Part shown: piece after piece, positions 55,706 through 64,000 of the stretch
Numbering within the stretch: position 1 is the stretch's first letter
Layout: the number at the start of each line of letters is the position of its first letter
DNA from: the human T2T-CHM13v2.0 reference genome, Homo sapiens
Strand: one strand, 5' to 3'
Assembly (NCBI RefSeq): GCF_009914755.1
Contig: NC_060928.1
Length of the DNA: 64,000 bases
The notes under the pieces: generated by a model
Databases searched by the model: none
Seen by the model: only the letters and a program-made list of their open reading frames with translations
What the model was told of the DNA's origin: nothing
Position numbers and translations under genes: made by a program

Positions 55706-56929
55706 ATGGGTATAACAATGGGCTTCCTACTGCCCACCTGGAAGCAAACATCTAACATTCGTTTTCTTATAGAATAGGTGTTTTGTCACTCTGTAAGAAG
55801 AGAAACCGGGTGAGACATTTCTGGACTGTGTTTATTCTGATTGTCATGGCTGGGAACAGGGGACTCGCAGCACCAACAGGCAAGGGAGGTTTGTTTGGGT
55901 TATTGTTTATAGTGCGCTCTCCAACTGTGCATAGAGATTACAGTAGTCAGCAGACAGTACAGTCCCCCTAGTGTAGTGTTCTTAAAACTGTAGTACAGCA
56001 GAGTGCCTTACCAATTAGACGTTTTGGTGGTGGATATCCTTTCCCTTGGCTTGAGATGCCTGCCATATAGTCTCTAAAAATATTTGTTTGATGGTTCTCT
56101 ATCATTTACATTGTGTTTCCCACCTGATGCTCTTTCAGAGAACCCAGGACCCATTCATGATTTAAATTTAAAAAATGAAAGGCTGCCTTTTCCCCAGGAC
56201 TTTAGCATGTTTACAGCTCTTCGTTAATGAACGTCCACCAGTACAACTTCTCTTTTTCCGGCAGCAGTACAAACAGCTGATGGCTGTTAAGGGAGGGCAA
56301 AGAGCCTCAGCTGTACCCAAATTAGAAGCAGGCACAAGAAGAACTACTTAGAAGAATTTGTCTCTATGGCATTTGATGTGCTGAATTTGTATGTGTTCCT
56401 AGCTTATTCATTTTAGAAAATAGGCTTCTAGGCAATTGGGACAGTGCTTTTTATAGCGCTTACTGCCAAGGAGGCAAAAGTGGAGACACCTGGCTGCTGG
56501 TTCCTGAACCACCAGAGATCTGAGGGAGGAGTCCACTGCTAGAAACCCCCGGCTAGGTTCTGAGCAGTTGCCTTTAGCAACCCACAGTGTTTCCCCAGTC
56601 TTCTTTATCGCTTAGCATTTTTTTTCTCCAGCTGGAAGACTTGGAGAAGCTATGTTATTAAGAATGTGTGACTATCCCTTACCCCTTCTTTCCTTTGGAA
56701 AAGTTAGGTGCTAAAGAGATGACAGGGTCAAGGAAATAGCATGGCTGGAAGATTGCTTAATTACAGGGCCATTGGGCTAATAAGTAAAACACTGAGTAAA
56801 ATAGGAGCGAGGTTTCTTACTGTTGGAGAAGGAATTTACAAATATGGAAAGAAAGAGAGCTGTAAATAACCTTGAGGCTTTAGGGTGGATTAACAATGAG
56901 TATGAAATAATTTTTCAAAAACTATATGT

Positions 56930-58070
56930 ATATATATTTATGTGTGTGCACACATATATACCATAGCTCTCTCCATTCAGAGGCCAAAAGCAAAAGGCAC
57001 ATCCAGTGGCCAGAAGATCTTCGTTTCTAAATAGCATCCTCCACGAAAAGCAAGCTGGCTGATTATAGGGCTGACACTGGGAAAGTACAGAGTGAGCCCA
57101 TAACCTCTTGAAAGGAAATGCTCCAAGCATGATGGGAGTATGTCAAAAAGACAGAAGAGCCAGCTGGAAAGGGCTCCCACTGGCCAAATCTGGGACAGTC
57201 TGAACATAAAATAAATGATCCTAGTAACTGATTACAACCTATCTAATAAGGCATGAATCCGTGCTAATGTTAATACAGAAAAATGATGGAGTAAATAAAT
57301 AGGGAGGAACAGCTCTTCCTTATGGTAGAAATACCTACTGATAAGGATTAATGGATATAGAAAGTCACCATTTGACAAGAGTGTTGTTTGATTTAGGCAG
57401 GAGTCATCAATGGATACTAAGGCTGATGAGTAGGTGTTTGATGTGAAGCAGGATATTAGCCTAGTCTTGAAGTATCTTCTGAAAAATACTTATTAATTCA
57501 ATAAATGGTGAATTTATTGAAGAGGAACCTGGAAGACACCAAGTTGAGCAGGTGATCATGGTGAACATCACCATTTGTAGAATGAGTCCTATCATGTACC
57601 TCCTTATGAAATGCACTGGAATTACAGTGTCATTTCTGTCATGTTCCTGAAAAGAACAATACACGGCATGGTCTAGACATAAGGAAACAATGGATAAACC
57701 CAGGATGAGAGGCAACCTTCAAAATGAAAAGTTTATATTCTTTAAAACTCTTAAACTTATGAGAGACAGAGAAAAACAGAAGAACTGATCCAAATTGAAG
57801 AGATTTAAGAGATGTGACAATTACGTACAATAAATATCCCAGATTGGCTCCTAGACCAGAAAGGAAAAATAAACACTTGGCAAAAATTCAGTGAAATTGG
57901 TAGATTGGATGGTATATTTTATCAATGGTGAATTCCTGACTTGGATATTTATATTGTAGTTTTGTAGAAGAATGTCTGTGGTTGGGGGGCTATGTACATT
58001 GAAGAATTTAGCAGTGATGAGACATTCTTTCTGCAACTTACTCTTAAATGGTTCAGAAAAAAAAATGATT
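56930..58070 (+). mobile_element. L1MC-family 3' UTR fragment
   Basis: GGCTCCCACTGGCCAAATCTGGGACA, GGCAGGAGTCATCAATGGATACTAA and CTGCAACTTACTCTTAAATGGTTCAGAAAA. Confidence 0.75.
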
Positions 58071-58344
58071 ATCTATGACATATTGGTTTCCACTAGCTAC
58101 ACTTTCAGAGAATTTGAGCCCAATTCATGATATTTTTAATAAGTCAAAAGTTCAGTTTTTGAGGGGACATTAATATGTTTCCAGCTTTGTGCTAATGATT
58201 TTCTGGCAACCCTGCTACTCTTTTTTCCAGTGGCACTTCTTGAACAACTGACAAGTGGTATTTGGGGAGAGCAATGAGCGCTTGCTATACCACCCCCCAA
58301 ATATATAATACTGTTGTAGATAAAAACATCTCTGTATTTCATTT

Positions 58345-59350
58345 CTTCATCCAACAATAATTATCGAGCACCTGTTAACGCATTGGTGTTACAGGCACTG
58401 GGCATCCAACTGAAACAAAACAGATAAGATTCTTGCTCTCATGGAGTTTATATTCTGGAGTTGGAAAAAAACAGAAATTTCTAAAAAGCTTTAGATTATG
58501 TCAGATAATGACATCTGCTATGAAGAAAAAGGCAACAGAGTATGGAAGGGTAACCTATGTCACATAAGGTATTTTCTGTCAGGGTCAGCTGCTTTGTGAG
58601 GTGACTTTTGAACAGAATATTGAAAGAAATAAGGATTCTATGTGGCTATTTGGGGGACTGGTTTTACCAGGAAAAGTACAAGTACAATCTGAGTATAAGT
58701 ACAATCTGAGGCAAGTACATGAGTACAAGTGTATGAGTACAAGTACAATCTGAGGCAAGATTGTATTTGATATGCAGAAAAACAGCAAAGAAACCATTAA
58801 GACCATTAAGGATGGAGATGAAAGTAGAAACTGAGTGAAGAAAATAAGATCAGAAAGATGGGGAGCAAATCATATGTGGCCTTGCAGTCAAAGGTGTGAA
58901 CATTTTGCATTTTATTCTGAGTGAGAGGAGAAAACTTTGGAGATTTTTGAGTGAGGAAGTATATGTGGTCTGTTGTGTTTTAAAAGATTTAGTCTGACTG
59001 TATCCAAGCAAGTATGGGAGCAAGTAGAGCAATTAGGAACTCAACAGTAATTCAGGAAACAGAGGATAATGACCTGTGTCAGGAAGGTGGCAATGAGCAT
59101 GGTGAGAAGTGATTCGATCCTCAATATGTTTTGAAGGTGGGATAAACAGTATTCTCTGATGCATTTGACATGTAGTATGGAAGAAGAAGAGGAGCCAAGA
59201 AAGACACTACAGTTTGGAGCCTAAGTAACTGGCAGAATGGAGGAATAGTCATTTTCTGAGATGAAGATGATTGCAAGAGAAGTTGATTGGGGAAAGAATC
59301 GAGAGTTTGGACAGGTTCTATTCAAGGTGCCTAGAGAGACATCCAAAATG
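58345..59350 (-). mobile_element. L2 LINE fragment
   Basis: TTCATCCAACAATAATTATCGAGCACCT, CTCTCATGGAGTTTATATTCTGG and TTTGGAGCCTAAGTAACTGGCAGAATGG. Confidence 0.75.
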
Positions 59351-60625
59351 GCAATTTCATGCAGTTTGCTTCAGCATTGAGTCTTGGGGGGAAGATTACT
59401 GAATGAAAGCACATGAATAATTTTTAAGTTATCGACACATACACAATCGCCAAATTACTTTTCCAAAGGTTTGCCTCACCATGCAACAAAGTAAAGTGAG
59501 CTCCCTAAAATAGTTTTTAAAATATACCCAGAAGACAGCTTAGTGGTGAGTCCTGGCCTTTGGGGGACTTTCTCCACCAGCCAGGCAGCCCAGATAAGAT
59601 GGAATTAGTAGGTTTCCAGAGGGCTCTTTGGTGTACAGAGATCTTATTTCATAAGAGGTAGAGGCAGATTTGACTTAAATACATACAGCATACGTTTCTG
59701 AGAAACAACAGCAGCCACAGCAGAGAATGGCAGTGCCCATTTCTCTGAGTGTCAGCAAATTGAACTTTCTTTAAGAAACTCTCAACCTTGACGCTGCTTT
59801 TGCTTCTTGCCATTAATGTGCACAGCATGTTCAAAGGGAATTCTACCTTAGACTTCTAAAAAATGAATCATAACATTTAAAAATACAATTCCTCCTACAC
59901 ATACATATTTTAATGGTTTAATTAAAATTTTATGTGGAGAAGATTCAACATACAGGGTTTGATCTGTATTATATTTTTCATTTTACATTAATTGATTGGT
60001 GGATTGCATTTTTAATGCAATCAAACAGGCATTTTTTGATGCCTGTTTAATTCTTCAGCATATGTCCTTTATTCACAATAGGCTCCTAGATAACTGTCCC
60101 CATCCCTGAAAAGAGGGAACACTCTTCAAAATATATTCCACATAACTGCAAATAGGGAAAGAAATCCTCAAAATATAATAGAGAATTCACATTACTTTAT
60201 GTGTAAAGGCTGGCATTATTATTTTTTTAATCAATTTTCCTTGAAGTAACATACTGTGACATTTAGTTTCATATATCCTGTCCTAAAGATATTTCCTCTT
60301 CCCAGTCTTCCATGTTTGTTTGGAAGGGGAGGTACAGTGCTGTAGTGGTGGAGTTGGACATTTGGCACCAGGACATTTGGCGCCAGGCAATCCAGGATTA
60401 GAATCTCAGGCCTGCCACATGGGCAATTTTAACTGTGCTGAGCCACAATCTTCTCTTCAAAGTGGAGTGATTACATCTCCCAGGATTATTGGAAGATTCC
60501 AAAGGACATATATGTTGGCCACATGGAAGAGAAGAGATTTCAAGGAGGGGTCAGGACAAGAAGAGTAGGAGGGAACAGAGTCTAAAAATTTTAATATCCA
60601 AAAATATTTAAGGAAAGTCAATTTA

Positions 60626-60930
60626 GGCTGGGTGTGGTGACTCAAGTCTGTAATATCAGTTTTGGGAGGTGGAAGCGGGAGGATTGCTTGAGGTCAGGAG
60701 TTCAAGACCAGCCTTAGGCGACATAGGGAGACCCTGTCTCTACAAAAAGAAGACAAAGAAAAATTTAGCTAGGCATGGTGGCACAAGTGCCTGTAGTCCC
60801 AACTGCTTGGGAGGCTGAAGCAGGAGGATCACTTGAGCACAGGAGTTCGAGGCTGTGGTGAGCCATGACCAATCGCGCCACTGTACTCCAGCCTGGATGA
60901 TACAGCGAGACCCTGTCTCGAAAAAATAAA
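60626..60930 (+). mobile_element. AluJ
   Basis: GGGAGGATTGCTTGAGG..., GGAGGATCACTTGAGCACAGGAGTTCGAGGCTG and GAGACCCTGTCTC. Confidence 0.92.
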
Positions 60931-61349
60931 GTAGGGTATTCATTTATGTTTATATGGTTGCCATCTCTGTGTTAGGCCCTGCGCTGACGCTCAGAGGAAT
61001 GGCAGGGCTCCTCCCATCAAGTTTAGAATCTAGTTTTAGCGACAGATGTAATCATCTAGGTGAATTGTGAAGGTGGAGTGTGGTCATTTTTAAAACACAC
61101 ATATAAGAATTCAGTGAGAGCAGTAATTCCACATAGAAATGAAAACATTTAGGGATGATTGAACCAGGTCGATTCTGCATCACAGTTAGCCCAGATAGCC
61201 TTACAAAGGAGTAGGCTTGCAGAGCTGTTCAAGAAAGATGTCCTGCTTATGACTATATTCTCAGCGTCTGCTGCAGTGTCTGGCCCATAGAAGGCATCAG
61301 TAAATGTGTTGAATAATAAATAGTAATGAAGAGCTGCAGTTTTTGACCA

Positions 61350-61570
61350 CTTAATGTACATGCAGGCACTATTTGTTCTAAGCACTTTATTAACTACATA
61401 GACTGTCTTAATTAATTCTCAGGATGATTTTATGAGGTCATTACACAAATGAAGAAACAAAAAGTTAAGAGTGGAGTAACTTGCCCGAGGCCATGCAGGT
61501 AGCAAGTATAAGAGTGGGGGTTGTAATCCTGGAAGTCTGACTCTAGGGTATGATTTTAAGGGCTATACTA
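61350..61570 (-). mobile_element. MIR SINE
   Basis: CAGGCACTATTTGTTCTAAGCACTTTA...GAGTAACTTGCCCGAGGCCA...GTCTGACTCTAG. Confidence 0.7.
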
Positions 61571-63232
61571 CCACATTGGTAGTCTTTTTGTCTCAGATAT
61601 TCATCATCTTGTTCATTAACTTGACTCTGATTTGAACTTCACTTCTTTTTCCTCTGCTTAATTTCTTTGTTCATTTCAGCTCTCAAGCCTTCACTTCATT
61701 TTTTGCTTTCGTAAGTTTTCTTAGCATTGGTGGTGGGGCGCGTTGCTTCTCTGAGGCCAGGTACTTGCTGTACGGGCAAGGTATATGAACTTTAAGAGCC
61801 CAGCAACCCCTGCAGCTTCTGCTACAAGTACTGCAGATGGAAATGGAAGGTTTTGGAAACGTTTTTTTAGAGAGTATGCATGAAACTAATAATATTCACT
61901 TCTTTGCTCTTTGTTCTCTTACTAACTTCTTAAATTTCAGAACAATAGGATACCTTGCTAAAAATATCCTTTTTTCTTTTTTGCTCCTTTGAATTATCAA
62001 GTGACTTCTTTTTATTTCAGTCTTTGATACAATTTTGACATTTAATTTGGGCTTCTTTCCTTTTATCATAAACTCTTCCAAACAACTTTATGTCATAAAA
62101 TGTTTTGGGAGGCTAGATATGGAAAGTCAGCTTGGAAAAACTCATTTGAGACTTGAGCCAAAACCCACAGAAAACTCTCACCACAATACATCTGTTTCCT
62201 TTTTCTTCTTATTTTTTCACATAGTTGTTCATTTTTTTTTGTTCTAAATCATTACTTTTCATTGAGTACATTTTAAAAACTATCTGCTTTTCTTTTTCTG
62301 CTCTTTGAAAGATCATCTTGTCCTTTTTCGCCAAAAAGCTGGAATGAGGGAGGTTGAACTAAAAGCCAAGACATTCAGAGCACTGTGCACTGACTGAGCC
62401 GGACAGCTGTTAGACACAAGCATCTGTAAATTGTACTGTGTTAAAATTACCACAAAAGAGGGGAGAGAATCCAGGCCCTCTTCCTGCCCTTTCTATTTGG
62501 TTGTTTAGAAGGATGTTTTCATAAATACTTTCCCTTTTATGATGAGGCCCATTCCCACAGGGCTGGTAAACAGCAATCTAGGACAATTGAGGGAGACAGC
62601 GGTAGCACTGCAAACACAGGTGTCAGAGTTTTAATCCCAGCTCTGTGCCTAATTTGCTATTTAGGTCAAGACTGCAGCATGACTAATCACTCATTTTGTC
62701 ATGCTTTCCTATTGGTACTAATTCCTAAATATCCACTGAGCCATAATCACACAGAGCCAGTCACAAGACTACAGCATTAATGTATTTCCATTGACTAGTT
62801 CTCTCACCACATAGTAAGGACACTGGAAAGGAACAGGGGACAGAAAATAGCATTTACTATTTCCCATAAGCCAGGTCCTGTGCTGGTTTTCATGTTTGTT
62901 ATCTACACTGAATTAGTAGAGCAGTACCTTCTGTAAAGTTTCTCTTCTGTAAAATGAAGGTGTTGAAATTGATGATGTTTAAAGACCTCTCAAACTTACA
63001 TTCTGTGGACTTAGTGATTCTGTTAATGAGGTCATGTACAATTTTGTATTTCCATTTCTGTTACTGTTGCTGCTAGGCTTGACTCTATTGGAGTCTACAA
63101 ACGAATCTGGATAAGGTACTTGGAAATTCTGGTTGAGGAAGCTAGCTATGCAATACCCTTGACACAAGAACAGGTTTCCTCTCTCTTTGAAAAAGTTTTC
63201 CTCCTTGAGCTTATTAAGAATAAGATTGTGAA

Positions 63233-63546
63233 TGGTTCATGCCTGTAATTCCAGCACTTTGGGAGGCCAAGGCGGCAGATCACTCGAGGCCAGGATTTCA
63301 AGACCAGCCTGCCAAACATGGCACATCCCTGTCTCTACTAAAAAATACAAAAATTATCTGGGCGTGGTGGCACACCCCTGTAATCTCAGCTACTCAGTGA
63401 CTGAGGCACCAGAATTGCTTGAACCCGGGAGGTGGAGGTTACAGGGAGGCAGAGGTTGTGGTGAGTCAATCGAGCCACTGCACTTCAGCCTGGCCTGGGC
63501 AAAAGAGCAAGACTCTGTCTCAAATAATAATAATATAATAAAAAAA
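63233..63546 (+). mobile_element. Alu (older S/J) with internal micro-duplications
   Basis: TGGTTCATGCCTGTAATTCCAGCACTTTGGGAGG ... GAGCAAGACTCTGTCTC followed by an (AAT)n tail. Confidence 0.92.
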
Positions 63547-64000
63547 CTGTGAGAAAGATGACACCAGTGTGGCCCATCAGGTCATCCAGTTCCACCATGG
63601 AGAACATTGGGGTGACAAAAGTTAAGGACAATTCTCTCTCGCATTCATATAATTATTTTTATATTAGCCAAGATGGCACCACTGAGCTGATCAGTTTTAT
63701 TTTAAATTTATGATGTAAACTTCACATTGGCAGCTGTAGGAATGCTACTGTGTTTTTTTAATGGGTTCCCTAGAATGTCTCCTTTGAACGTTTTATACCT
63801 TCCCTCCTGTCATGCCTTCCCCACACTCTTTAGTTTCTTACTCTTAGCTATGATATCACACCAGATTTTCTTTAGAAAAGGAAGCCTTTAGAATCAAACT
63901 CCCCATCTTCCCACCACCTGATCCTAAAACCTATCATCTACTTTTACCCCAATGTATCCTTTTCTGTTGTTTAAATGAAAAAGACACCCTCCAGCCTATC

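Noticed and set aside
60356-60387. GGACATTTGGC(A/G)CCA 15-bp tandem duplication
   Set aside because: A simple two-copy slippage event in MIR-like sequence with no sign of function.

Overview
Primate (almost certainly human) genomic DNA. The only supportable protein-coding feature is the first coding exon of RNF150, a PA-TM-RING (GRAIL/Goliath-family) E3 ligase. It lies on the minus strand (ATG at 54509, GT donor at 54025) inside a CpG island. Positions 1-54025 are part of its very large intron 1, and about 55200-64000 is upstream sequence. The rest is mostly transposon-derived: 11 Alus (one very young, AluYa5-lineage), a 5-kb L1PA with a base-precise twin-priming 5' inversion, several nested insertions with visible target-site duplications (TSDs), Tigger3, MER, MIR, L2 and CR1 relics, and microsatellites. 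Almost all ORFs in the supplied track are repeat-derived or chance. I found no evidence of a novel multi-gene system. The items most worth checking are the RNF150 5' leader (two uAUG ORFs and a dense G-quadruplex just upstream of the start), the young Alu, the L1 inversion junction and some template-switch hairpins. Repeat subfamily names come from recalled consensus sequences, and boundaries without TSDs are approximate.
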